64,000 nt of DNA from Vicugna vicugna. Lineage: Eukaryota. Within the stretch, counting starts at the first letter, position 1. Every line of letters begins with the position of its first letter. The position numbers and the translations under genes are program-made. The notes under the pieces were generated by a model. That model was not told where the DNA came from and made no database searches. It saw only the letters and a list, made by a program, of their open reading frames with translations. Of the stretch, positions 49,660-61,695 are shown one piece after another. The stretch spans positions 4,096,739 to 4,160,738 of the forward strand of contig MU058009.1 in the NCBI GenBank assembly GCA_013265495.1. Reading direction: 5' to 3'.

Positions 49660-50540
49660 AGAGGCTCGAAGCCCCCGCGGTCGTCTGCTGTGGTGTATTC
49701 GTGCCCTGGTACCAGGGTTTCCCTGGCGACTTCCAACGTGGCACCTGAGGCGCGCAGCTGTGTCAGCTGTCCTCTCCTGTCATCCCTGGGCGGCCCCCTT
49801 GACGTGGTGGTGCAGGGAGGCGAGGACGCAGCCTGAGCCCTGGGCGAGGCCTCCGCGCGTCCGAGCGCCGCGTCCCTGGGCTGCGCCCTTTACAGGTGTG
49901 GCTCGGCTTTGCCCTGTGTTGCTTTTCTTCCTCTGGTGAGAGAGCAGCGGGGTGTTTTCTTTTCCCCAGGTCATTTAGACGCTGGTAGAACAGTGTCTCT
50001 TGCGATCAGGGCCTTGTTTAGAAGAACGGGACGCTCTGGGTGTGTTTTGAAAAGGCAGCGCTTCCTCTCCTCCTCCGGGGAGTGCGGGGTCCTTCCCGCT
50101 CGCTGGGAGCTGGCGGGCTCCCCCAGGTAAGGCCCTGGCGTGTGCGGGAGCGTCCTCCTGGGCCGCCCGGAGTCCCTGCCTCTGCCGCCCGTCCACGCCC
50201 CCATCGGTCCGCGGGTGACAGCTGGCTTCCTTCTCTGTCAGGGCCGGTCCCCGCGAGGCCGCGGCTCCCGGGCTCCCGCTCCCGTGGGCGGCTCCTCTGC
50301 GCCCGCCCCTGCAGGTTGCGGACGGCGCTTTGCGCCGGGCCCCGGCTCCTGGTGGGTCTGAGGAGAGTTGCTGGCGTTCCGTTGGCTCAGCTTTGCCCTG
50401 TTGCGCGGTGGGAGCAGCGACGTCCAGGCTGCTTCCAGGCCGGACAGGGAACTAGACGTTCCTTTTGCTCCGATGATTGTCACGTGACGTAGCGCGGCCG
50501 AGCCGTCCCGTCCGTCAGGCAGCGAAACAACCGCGAGGGG
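49660..50540. other. CpG island over the L1MC 5'UTR and its flank
   Basis: High GC and dense CpG. Confidence 0.75.
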
Positions 50541-51199
50541 CTTCACTGGTGAAAAGGCAGGAAGCAGGGTCACGCTGACTTGCAGCTACCAGTGTCTGTT
50601 TTCACAAACTGCCTTTTTAAGAGAAAAGAAGAAAACCATATAAGGGCGGAAGGCGGCGGTAGGTCAGAGCAGAGGGGTGGGTATAAACTCAACTCTGCCC
50701 ATTGTTCCTGGGGAAGGAATCCTCAGCAGACTCGTTGCGAATCCTTCTGTTTACAGAAGAAAGTCCTATGTATGAGGCTCCAGCGGTGTTCCGCGTGAGT
50801 GAGTTTGTCATATAACTGAGCGATCATCCTTTAAATTGAACTTAAAACATTACAGTCCTTTTTGATAGAGTTCTTTCTCTAAAATGTATTATTGTTCTGT
50901 CTTATTGAGCAAGGCGTGGAGAACACCATGTATCTTGCTTTGTGACCCAGGGCGTGGCTGTAAGAATCAGTCCCAGAGCGGCCTCGAGGGCTCTGGAGGT
51001 GACGGGACCGCTGGCACCTGAGCTCACGGCCCGCCTTGCTTCCTACTGCGGATCTTACCGCCCCCTTCGCACCAGTTCCTCTCCACGACCCCAGTGAGTC
51101 TACTCAACCTGAGAGTAAATGTATTTTATTTGCGTAAAAGTCTGTCCACTTGCCTCATACAGTCATCTCACGGGTCACTCGAGGCTGCACACACAGCAG

Positions 51200-52570
51200 C
51201 TGGAAAGCCACTGCTCTCTAGGATGGGGAGACCTGAAAGCCAGCAGGGGCCCTGATGTGTGCTTGTCTGATGTGTAAGCAGACTGTATGTGCACAAGTAA
51301 GTTACAGGCTCTCAGCTACAGGGTAAAAGACAAACAAGGGCATTGTGTGTCCACTGTGTTCTGGAACATGTGGAGGAAGCTAAACCAGGGAGAGGGGTGA
51401 GGGGGGCTGGAGGCAGAGGTCACGGAAGACGCTTTGTGAAGATGGCATCTGAGTGGGGACCCGAAGGGGGTGAAGAAAGAAACCGTTTGGCTATCGTGGA
51501 GAAGGGAGGAGGGACTGCACGTGCCGAGGCCCTCCCTGGGGCTGGAGGTCGCGTGGGATCAGGAAAGAGAACAGGCAGAGGGAGGGAGGGAGAGGACGGC
51601 GGTGAGAGCTAGGTCTCTGAGTCGGTCAGCTTTCGCCACAGCAGTGCTGCAGAGAAACCTCAGATACCGCAGCATCGTTTCCCCTCGCTTTTGCGTTTGT
51701 GGATTGGCTGCGATGGCTGTAGACTGCAAATGCGGCTCAGTCTTCTGCGTATGTTTGTTCTGGGCCCCAGGCTGAAGGGCCAGAAGCTACCCCTCTTCTC
51801 CAGGTCGAGCCCCCACGTGCAAGATGGGAGCCCTGCCATCCACACGCTTGGCCAGCCTCGGTCATTCTGTCTGCTGTCATCCCACAGGCCAAAGCAGGAC
51901 CCACGGCCATAGGCCAGGTTGACCAGCAGAAGAGCACTCCCTGCCCACAGCAGGAGGGGAAAGAGCAAAGAACTGGGCTCCACAGTCCAGTCCAGCAGAA
52001 CCAGGGAGGACTTCATAGACCATTGAACGTCTTCAACTTCTACTCTTTACGTGAAGGGAAGTCACTGACGCATGTGGAGCCAAGGCGGTGACTTGCTCTG
52101 ACTTTGGATTTCAAAGAGTAACTCTGGGAGCATGAGAAGGATCGATTGCAAGGGTCCGGTCAGATACAGGGACAGCAAGGCGGCTGTTGTCCTGCTCCAG
52201 ATGAGCGGTGACGGTGGCCTTGTCCATGGTACAAGTGAGGACGGGGTGGGATGGTCATCTTCCAGGTCTGTGTCACAGGTAGCGCCGTGGGGAGGGGTTG
52301 ACAGACTGGATGCTGGGGATGAGAGAAGGAGAGTGGACAGGAAGGGCTCCATGCTTTTTGGTTGGAGGACCTGGAACAAAGTAGGAGGGCTGGACAGAGA
52401 ACGGGTTTGGGAACTGGGGGTGGGGAACCTGAGGTTCCATTTGGATCATGTAAAGTTTTAGCTGTCCGTTAGGTTTTCAAGCGGAGATGCCAATAAGGCA
52501 ATTGTCTACATGAGCCCTGGGCTCAGGAGAGAGGTCCAGGCTGGAGACAGGCTGAATGCTTATCATAGAT
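51200..52570 (-). mobile_element. L2 fragments (about 51200-51610 and 51980-52570)
   Basis: gaggttccatttggatcatgtaaagtttt, ctgggctcaggagagaggtccaggctggaga, ggctgttgtcctgctccagatgagcggtgacggtggcctt. Confidence 0.75.
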
Positions 52571-52809
52571 TTGGGTCTGTACTTGTCCTGGCTGTTGAAA
52601 ATAGTATTTCAGTTAGAGCTGGACCCTGCCGTGCGATCTCTTGTGGTAGGAGTCCCTAAGTCCTCTTGTTCGCGACTGGCTTTCCCTCCAAACGTAACAC
52701 CGCCGAGCCCTCTGCGCCCTCTCTTCCTCTTCCTCTGTCCATTTATTTCACTAAGTGGCGTTTCTGAACCATCATCTACTTCCTCATTTCCCTCTATTCC
52801 CTAATCAGC

Positions 52810-53720
52810 TGGAGTGTATATTCCAGCTGCTCCATCTCTTGAAACTGCTCTGACCGAACGTCCCGAGCTCTGCAAAGCTCCAGCCGCCTCTGTCATCCAG
52901 CATCCAGGCTGTTCCGCCTCCCCCCTTCCTGCACCTCTCCAGCTTTGGCTTCTGCAAGGCCACCTCCTCGCCTGGCTGTCTTCATGCTGCTCTGGTGGCT
53001 CTGGCTTTGCCTCCTTGTGCACATGTTCCCTCCTCTGCTGGCCCCTTAAACACCGTCTCTGGCCCTGACCCGAAGCGGGTAGCCCTCCCCATGGGGAGTC
53101 TCACCCATTTCCTGGGCTTCTGTGTTATTTTGTGTAGAGGCTGCCCCAGTGACCACCTCTGACTCGGATCCCTCACTTGAAAGTGATCAAAGTATTTCCA
53201 GCTACGGGTTTGCACAACCAAATCAATATCCAGTAGTATCTCAATTGCAATATGTCCAAGTCCAAACATCCCCTGGTGACTGGAGACGCAGAGGCCATCA
53301 CTCTTTGTTAAACTCCAGTGATTCAGACCTTCTTACAGATATACCCACCAGCCCCAGCTCAACAGCCACCCGCCTCTGCATGTTCCACAGGGGGCTGTCC
53401 CACTGGGGGTGTCCTCTGAACCATCCTTTCCTTTGTTTCCAGTGACTCTCCTTTAAGACCCTTGACCCAAATGGCATCTCCTCAAAGACTCCCCTGAGTC
53501 CATAACTGGGGTGGAGTGCCCCTCCTCCATCCTCTGCCTGCATCCTGTTCTCGTGTCTCCTCATGGCGCCTGGATGTTATGTGTGTATCTTTTGGCCTCA
53601 CATTACATGCTAAGCTTCTCCAGGGAGGAGCGCTGTATTCATCAGCGCACTTCAGGTACCTAGATCAGTGCTCAGCTCCTGGTAGGATCTCAAGAAATGG
53701 TTTTCAATTCAACAGAAATG
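52810..53720 (+). mobile_element. L2 (ORF end plus 3' tail)
   Basis: tgaaactgctctgacc, ctttggcttctgcaaggccac, ctcacccatttcctgggcttc, taagcttctccaggg. Confidence 0.7.
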
Positions 53721-54659
53721 ACATTAGTATCAATGAATCCAAGAAGAGGTTAGCCAAGCTCCGACATAGCCATAGACACATGGTCTTTTAGACCTCGTCG
53801 CGTCACCTCAGGAATTCACAATAACTTCGGTCCGTTCAGAAGCCGCTGCTTCATGCCTGCTACACACGTAATGGAAGAGTGCTCGTGGCGGTAGGCAGAA
53901 GCGCCGGATGATTTACATGAGTGCTGACAACTCCCCAGAAAGAGTAGCCCAGGCAGCCCCGCCTGGGTGATGAGTGTGTCTCCTGTTATTTCCAGGCGAT
54001 GGAAGGTTTTATTTTTGTCGTGCACCAAATGGACTCGGTGTCAGGCAGTCAAACGTCTGGCAATCTGCCCAGCTGAAGAGATAACATGAGTAGTGAATAG
54101 AACATTATTGTGTGATAATGATTTCCAGCAGCTATTGAAGATAAATTCCAATGCAAAGTAGAAAGCTTTATTTCCAGGGGAGGCGATATCGATCCTGTGG
54201 CCACTGTAAATAAAATGAGAATCGCAGGTGTGGAGAGAAGTCCAGTCCTGTCATGGGCACTGAGACCCGACGGGAGGAGGGAACTGCCCCCCTGAAGCCG
54301 CGTGATGGCAAGCAGCTGGACGTTCCCCGATGCTGATTCCTTCCGTAGAGGCAGGTCCTGGGGACCAGATGCGGCGTGTGAAACGCAGGTTGCACCGTCA
54401 CCATCATCACATGTACAATCAGAGACGCCTGCGGGTCAGCCGTGACTGGTGGCAGTGCAGTCAGTCCCTGGCATCCTGCTTGGTTCTTTGAGAGAAAGTA
54501 TCATGTGAGCCAGAGATAGGTCGGCAGCCTCGACTACTGAGTTGTTCTATAGACTTAGTGGCTGGTTCTTTATCGATAGCATGGGATTGAGGATGTGATT
54601 ATTCTTCATGCCTTTTGGAAAGCCTGATCATTACAGCCTTTCTAGTTCATAGACTTTTC

Positions 54660-54775
54660 AGTCCAGGATGGATAGGGTGGACCTTGAAGGTCATCTCGTC
54701 GAACCTTTCTATTTTTCAGCAAGGAAATGACAACCCAGAGATAAGTAACTTACAGAAGGTCACATAGTTAACTTG
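54660..54775 (-). mobile_element. MIR3-like fragment
   Basis: ggaccttgaaggtcatctcgtcgaacc ... cccagagataagtaactta ... aaggtcacatag. Confidence 0.65.
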
Positions 54776-55859
54776 GACTCTTTTAAAAAGCGTTATCAGC
54801 ATGCACAAGTCTTTTTAACCTTCCTAGAATTCTGGAGCCTATAGAAGATATTTCCTTTGGGGTAGTAGCATAATTTATTCCAGAAGGAGAAAATCTTTGC
54901 TGAGACCTTTCAGATTCTTAAGGACCTGGCAGGGTGCTAACTCCCTCTTGTTTCAGAGGACGGAGGGTGTATCTCTGAGATTCGCCCGTGGATGGATGCA
55001 GACTCCCCTGTGCTCAGTATCACCCCGAGATCAGCTACCAGCAGGCGCGGGGTCTGAGGCTCACATCTCCCAGGTCTGTGGGGGGCCTGAGCTCCAGTGT
55101 CACTCGCTTCACGATCTATACTGAGGGGGTCTGTGCCCCTCACACATCAGTGGAGCGCCTTTGCGACGTAAATGTTGTTGGGGATCCGGGGCAGGGGGGG
55201 TCAGCCAGTCAGAAGCCCGCTCAAGGGCCAGTCGGACGACGCCAAGTGAGTTTACGTTAAATCCAGATAAAACCCCAGAGGCCATTTTGATTAACCCTCC
55301 GCCGTTCGCCTGACGCCCGGTCGTGAATAGTGATGAGACAGCTGGGTGTTCAGGGGCAGAGGACCCTGGAGAGAGGCGCAGGCTCTTTGCTTCTCAGAGA
55401 AACACCCGCACTGATCCCCCATGGATCGTGGCCTCTGCACCTCGTCCGGGCGCTTTCATTAAGGCTTTTGTATTTTCTTGACTCGATGACCGCGGTTCTC
55501 CGCACCTCGGGCTGGTGGCCAAGCCCCTGTGTGGACCAGGGGACATTGGGCTGCTGTGGACAGGGGAGCACCAAGTTATAAACACTCCACTGCTAAAGGG
55601 ACAGTGATGTCCTTAGTCTATCTCTGGCCTCCTTGCACCTTGACGATACACAGTTTGAAACTTGTTAATGCTCCTAGTTCTGGGGTGTTTCTTCCTGGTT
55701 TCCATTTTTCATTAATTCAAAAAAAAATCTGTTTTGTTGTTATTTATTTGCTTTTGGAGAATTGAGAGGACTGTGGACGTAGAAAGATGTGAAATGTCTC
55801 TTTCTAGCAGAATGTGGAATTTCAGCTCTCTTGCGTGCTCGTCTCAGTCTGTAAGAAGC

Positions 55860-56124
55860 TGTGTTTGTGAACACCCCCCCCCCCGGAGTGAGCCCCCTCT
55901 TCTACTGTTATTTTGGTAGCTCCTGTCGGTGTCAGGCATTTGGTAGATAATTACACACTGCCTTGTGGCATTACAATTTCACTCTTTATGTATTTATATT
56001 ATCTGTATAAGTGGACTCAGATCCTTGGGGGAGAGAACCGAGTATCGTGCCTCTTTGTTCCCTCTCTAAGACCCTGCAGAAGGCTGTGTGCACAGTCGGC
56101 TGTCAAACAATATTTGCTGAATAA
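55860..56124 (+). mobile_element. L2 3' end
   Basis: tccttgggggagagaacc ... gcacagtcggctgtcaaacaatatttgctgaat. Confidence 0.65.
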
Positions 56125-58730
56125 TCTACCACGCAGAATTTCTTAATGCCTCTGCATAATGGTCCCAGAGAGAAGATTGCATAAAGAGAGACAATATTCT
56201 TCGCAGTATTAAAATATTCGGTGAAATGCAATAATAGTGATGTTTCAAAGGTCTGCCGATTAAATGTTCCAGGGAGTGTAATTGGCTGTTGGTGTGTGTG
56301 GGTGTCGGTGTGCTTGTGAGCATTTTCTGTGTGCCTGGATTGGGGGCCCTTTTCATTTCCTCTCTGATTTTGGGAGCCTCAATCAATCCCTCTGATTACG
56401 GGTGGAGGAGGCTGACTGGGTAATGGATGTCTTGCTATGGACAGTAGGCAGTGATGTCTCAAATGGAAAATCATTAAATCCCAGATTTCAGCCTGTGCCC
56501 CCATCACCCATATGAGCAGCAGCGAATCTGCTCTAACGGCCACGAATCCCCTCGTCTCTCAGTGACGATGGACTGTGTGCCGCTGCTGTCTATAGACGGG
56601 AGGTAGGGCCGCATCATCACCCGGAGGCTATGAGGATATAATTTACAGGCTCAGTCAGTCCTAGTTACCACGTAATTACAGAGTTATTACACGGTCGTTT
56701 GTTCCTGACGGACACCAGCCGTCTCTGGTCCTGCTCTGCTGCAGGCTGGTCCTCGTCTTAGGCAACTGAGGACATTCAGGCCCTTCTGCGTGGAGCATTG
56801 GGTGCATGCTGGGGTGGAAGGACAGGACTGCTGTGGGATGGGATGCTGGATGTGCTGACGTGCTCTCCCTTCTCTTCAGTGGCCCTGGCGATGCCGACAG
56901 CATCCTCTGGCTTCCCTCCTCTAGGCTCCAAGTTCATATTTTCTCCGTAAGAAAAGATGGAGACACTATTGCATTTGGCAGCATGGGGGAAATTGGGTGT
57001 AAGGAATATTCTGACCCGTCCCGCCCAGCGACGGGTTGGCAATGTCACCCTCCAGATTATTTCACTGCCTCTTGTAATTCAAAGCTCATGTTAACACAGG
57101 GCTGCTGGATAAAAGATTCCTTTTCATAATGAAGAGAAGAGGAAAGCATTTACGTGTGTAATTCAGTGTCATGGAGGAGTCGCGAGAAGGTTCGCAAACC
57201 TGCCCAGGGTCACCGAGGGAGTGGTGCGTCTGGAGCTCATGTGACAGACCTTGGCTCCTTCCACTTGAATGGAGTTAAGTGACTTTCTGTCTTTAGGGGG
57301 CAATGCACTTTTAAGAGCACAAGTACTAGCACCATGGGGAGGAACTGGAGTATCACCGCGTATTTGCCTACAGGGCTCAGGACAGCCTCCTTAACCCTGT
57401 GCTTCTATTCATTATCAATTGATGTGTGCGAAACCGCTTCACTCATGAGAGGGTCTACTGTGTGGGGATTTTTAATTTGGGGGGCAATGGTCTGCATGGG
57501 GCACTTCAAGGTGTGTGACAGACGTGTCCCGATGAGCGTGCTGTATACCAGGGTCCACGCAGGTCAGGAGACCTGATTCTGCTCGCGGGTGTCCCACTGA
57601 ACTGTGTGGTTCGGAGTCTCCTGCTCTGCCTGCCCAGGCGTCACCTGCCTTCCCTGGATGGCGGTCAGTGGGCCAGACAGTGGCTGAGGTCCTCCGCAGC
57701 CCTGACAGTTGTCTCTGACGCCATGATTTATGGCCTGCAAAAGCAGCTTGGCATCCTCGGTACAAGGTCACAGGAAGATAATATTCAGGGTTGTTATCAG
57801 AAAAGCGTCCTCCCCCGGGAGGCAGAAGGGTGCCAGCGTGCCTGTCACGTTTCAGTTGATGGAATGCTGCGAATTATTAACACGCTGCCACTGATCTCTG
57901 CTCAAAACACCTTGCTGATTTAATTAAAATACTCCTTTTTTTTTGTCTTTGAATGGCTTAAAACCGGCACTAATTATAACGTAACTGCTAGGTAACTGAT
58001 ATGTGCAGGTAACACTGTGATTATGCGCAGACAGCCATATGCTGTGGTGCAGCCATTGTCAGTGCTGTTAAACCGCTGAAGCAGATGACTCCGTGTCCTG
58101 CACAGAGTAATTGCACCAAACTAATTTGTGTTTGCAAACAGATCCCCAGTCAACTATGCGAACAGGCATGTCCGCGAACAAAATACCGTCACGTGCGTGT
58201 GTGCACAGGCGTGGGCCCGAGCGGAAGCGGTTTTCCGTCTGCACGAGGCATGTTGTTGGGAAGGACTGCGGTCTGCCCGTGGCACATGCCACCTTGCCGG
58301 CTTCCAGGCTCCTCTGCCTTCTTGCCCCAGATTCGTAATCCTGAGCCACTCTGTTCACATGCAGGTGGCCCAGGGCAGTCTGAATGTGTTTTCGCTAGGG
58401 GTGAACGGCTATTGCAGTCAGTCTGCCTTTGTCGACCTTCCCTGCTGCCCCGACGCGGTCTTGGGCCAGTGGTCCTTCCGGGGTGGCCGTCTCTGGCTAC
58501 GGGTTTTACCTGGTATGAAGAGTTTTTTCACCGTATGGAGAGGAGTTGGTTCTCAGACCTGGTGTCTGGTACCGTCCTGAGGGCCGCATGGTCTTTTGAG
58601 TCAAACAGGCTGTTTGAAGTCAGGCTCCACCTTGGGCAAGTCCCCGGACTTCCCTGCATCTCAGGTTCCTCCGGGTAAAAGGAAGGATGTGGTCTGAGGA
58701 CTTGACTCCCGGGGCTGCTTAGAGGACCAG

Positions 58731-58732
<2 letters not shown>

Positions 58733-58772
<40 letters not shown>

Positions 58773-58785
58773 ACGCGCGCGTATG
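58733..58785. repeat. (GT)19 plus GCACGCGCGCGTATG, an alternating purine-pyrimidine tract
   Basis: Read directly. Confidence 0.95.
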
Positions 58786-58946
58786 GGCCCAGGGCCCCAC
58801 AGGGCATCGGGGGCCCCTCAGTGCCCGGTGCCGCCTGGGCAGTGGTCCTCCCCGGCCTTCCCTGCCTCGCAGCTTCCTGTGTGCCCGTCAGTGAGTGAGG
58901 ACCAATTTCGGGCAGGCTCCCAACATGGGCTATCAGCTCCAAAGAA

Positions 58947-59394
58947 GGATTAGCCAGGGTTCCCCAGAGAAACGGAGCCGACAGGATCTAAGAGAAGAGG
59001 GGATTTGTTCTGAGAATCGGCTCACGGGACCCCGCAGGCTGAGCTGGCTGAGCCCTGCCGCCCGCAAGCTGGACACAGGGGAGCTGTTGGTGCAGTTCAG
59101 TCTGGGGCTGAAGGCCTGAGACCCGGGGGCCCCAGGGTCTGGAGGCGGGAGAAGACAGACGCCTCAGGTCCAGAAGATGGGGAGTGTGGCCCTTCCTCTG
59201 CCTTTTTGTCCCGGCCAGGCCCTCACTGGAGTGGAGGATGCCGGCCCCCTTGGGGAGGGGTTTCTCTTACTCAGCCTACCGATTCGAACCCTGAGCCCTT
59301 CCAGAAACATCCATAGACACACTCAGCAAGGAAGTTTCCCAGCTCTCTGAGCAGCCCTGAGCGCAGTCAACTTGGCACCTAAAATGGACATCTC
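58947..59394 (-). mobile_element. MLT2B-like ERVL solo LTR
   Basis: attagccagggttccccagagaaac, gaaggcctgagacc, cttcctctgcctttttgt, cttccagaaacatcc, cagtcaacttggcacctaaaat. Confidence 0.88.
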
Positions 59395-59529
59395 CCTCTG
59401 AGAGGTGGGCCCTGAGCGGAAGTCAGGCCTGTCCGTCTCTCTCCTGTCCCTTGTGCCCGGCCCTGCGCCCGGCACCTCCTGTCCCCCACCGGGGAACTGG
59501 TGGACTCGCCCAGCAGCGCCCCGCCCGGC

Positions 59530-59970
59530 ACAGCCCTGTCCTTCCCTTTCTGACACGTGCCTTGCTCTTTCCCGGCCTGGTCTCCCACGGCCCCACTCTC
59601 CAGACCTGGGTGGTGTCTGTAGGGACCACAGCCAGGCTGTCCCCAGGGGACCCTTGCTCCGGCTGGTGCCCCGGCCCAGGTCCTCACTCCGACCCCGCTC
59701 TCCCCGGCAGGCCCACCGCGCCCCCCGCAGGCAGAGAGGCCTGCACGCCCCCACCTCCGGTCCCCAGTCTTCCTTCCCGGCCCTGTTTGTTCTTTCTTGC
59801 ACCGCCATCTTCACCTTCTGATATTTTATTGGAAGGTTTTACTGATTTATTCTGTTTGCTCTCTGTCTCTCCTCACCTGCTTATAAGCTCCTTGTAAGTA
59901 GGGTCTTTGTCTTGCTCACGCGTGTTCGTCAGAGACCTCAGCCTGGGCCTGCCGCTGGGAGGGGGCCCTC
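59530..59970 (+). mobile_element. L2a-like 3' end, GC-shifted at left
   Basis: tataagctccttgtaagtagggtctttgtcttgctcac. Confidence 0.7.
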
Positions 59971-60784
59971 CTGAGTTTTAACGGCAGGTGTGCCCGCCCT
60001 ACGACCACGGACACATCCCCGGGACACCCGGCCTCCTTCCAGGTGTCGAAGGGCGGTAAGAGCCAGCCCCGGGGTTGTGGCAAAGACTAAACCAGTGTAC
60101 GTGGAGGCACCCAGGCCGCTCCTGACGTAGCCCAGGCACCGTGTTAGTGTTTGCCCTTCTGTTCGTGCAGCAGGCTAGCTGGCGTCTCCCACACCCGGCG
60201 TGTATACAGCAAGGCTCTCAGTTACCGTTATCCAGCTTGGGGCCTCTCTTCGTTTAAAAGGCACAGATCTGGCTCGCTCTCTCTGTTATTTTTGTTCTTT
60301 ATTTTACGGCGTGTTGGGGGCTGTGCTTTCCGAGGAGCCATCTTTTGTTTTGTGTCTGTGTTTCCATCTGTCGTCAGGCGGCAGGGGAGGGGGGGGTCTG
60401 GGAGGCTCCAGGTGTAGCTGCCGATGGAAACGGGGAAGTGAGGGGCGTGCCCCGGACTCGGCCTGTCGTGCTGAGAGCAGAGGACGTCAGTCTGTCACGT
60501 CCCCTCGCATGTGTTCAGAATAACCTTGAGCGTCTCATGACAGCTGTGCATTTTATCTTTGTCTCTGGGCCTCAGTGTGCTGACTTGTGGGATTATTCAC
60601 CTCTAATTCCCCAAGACGGATGTCTGCCTGTCAGGGGGCATGAATGTGCAGTCAGGAGCAAGCCCAGGATTTAGGGTTCTTGATTCTCTGCGCTCAGTGG
60701 GGGCAGAAGAAGGGGCGGGGCTGGGGCCGGGAGGTGGGCCAGCACCCGCCACCCTCCTGAGTCGTCGGGAGGTTCTGCATGAGG

Positions 60785-60975
60785 GCGGGCGTGTTGTCGG
60801 GTTTGGGCCCGGAAGACACGGGGACCGGTTCCTGCCCTGCCGTTTTCCAGTGCTGTGCCTTTGGGAAACTCACCGGCTCACTCTCCTCATCTGTGAAATG
60901 GGGAGAGCGTCTGTCCTGTCATGAAGATCGAGTAACTTACGTGTCATAACGGATTAATAAACTATAAAACACCAA
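60785..60975 (+). mobile_element. MIR SINE
   Basis: ctgtgcctttgggaaactca ... ctcctcatctgtgaaatgggga. Confidence 0.75.
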
Positions 60976-61214
60976 CCATGGTTATGCTGTTTGCTGTTAG
61001 TTGTCCCGAGTTAGCACTCGGGTTTCTGAGCTGGGAACTGAGTATGAGGATTATAACCTAATTATGAGAAGGACCTGCCTTTCTGCGGATCATGTGACGT
61101 CCCCCTCACGCACGTTTCAGTGCTGGTGCGCGGTGGGTCACTCACCATGTGGCTGCTCTCTCACCCCGCAAATGGCAGGTTGACCCCCAGGCTTCCCTCT
61201 AGAACAAAATGAAA

Positions 61215-61695
61215 AATTCAGTCGGGTCAGAGCTCAGGGGCGCTGCTTTCCTACGTATCAGCCATGGGCAAGTGGAATTTGAAATTAAAAACAGAATACT
61301 ATTTACATTGCTTAGGTCTAAGTCTGCATGCAAGATCTGCATGAGGGAAACCACAAGACTCTGATGAACAGAATCAAAGAACTAATTAAGGGGACAGCGG
61401 TCCCCTGCTCAGGGGCGGGAGCTCAGCATCATCGAGATGTCGGTCCTTCCCAGCTAGGCCTGTGGATTCAACGCCATCCCGTCGGAGTCTCTGAAAGCCG
61501 TTTCATGGACGTCAACAGGCTGATTCTGGAGTTTCTGTGGAGAAATAAGAGATGCGGAGTAGCCTCGAGAATATGGCAGAGGAGCAGAGCGGGAGGACGG
61601 ACCCCGCCTGACTTTGAGGCCCTCTGCGAAGCCCAGCATTCAGGAGAGAGCGCTGTTGGCGAGAGAGTGGGCACACAGGTCAGCGGAACAGAGCT
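61215..61695 (+). mobile_element. Ancient L1 (L1MC-like) ORF2 fragment, GC-shifted
   Basis: QDLHEGNHKTLMNRIKE ... DVNRLILEFLWRNKR ... AGGRTPPDF resembles the L1 ORF2 segment DLYxENYKTLxKEIKE ... ILKFIW ... AGGITLPDF. Confidence 0.85.

Larger units (their letters stand above)
47600..50460 (-). mobile_element. 5' part (5'UTR plus ORF1) of an ancient L1MC-like element carrying two nested younger L1 fragments
   Basis: ORF1 coiled-coil-like peptide MGNVSREVKTLRENQKETLEIKTTTREVK (48445-48654); 5'-end-like cagctttgccctgttg ... ccggacagggaactagacgt. Confidence 0.8.
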
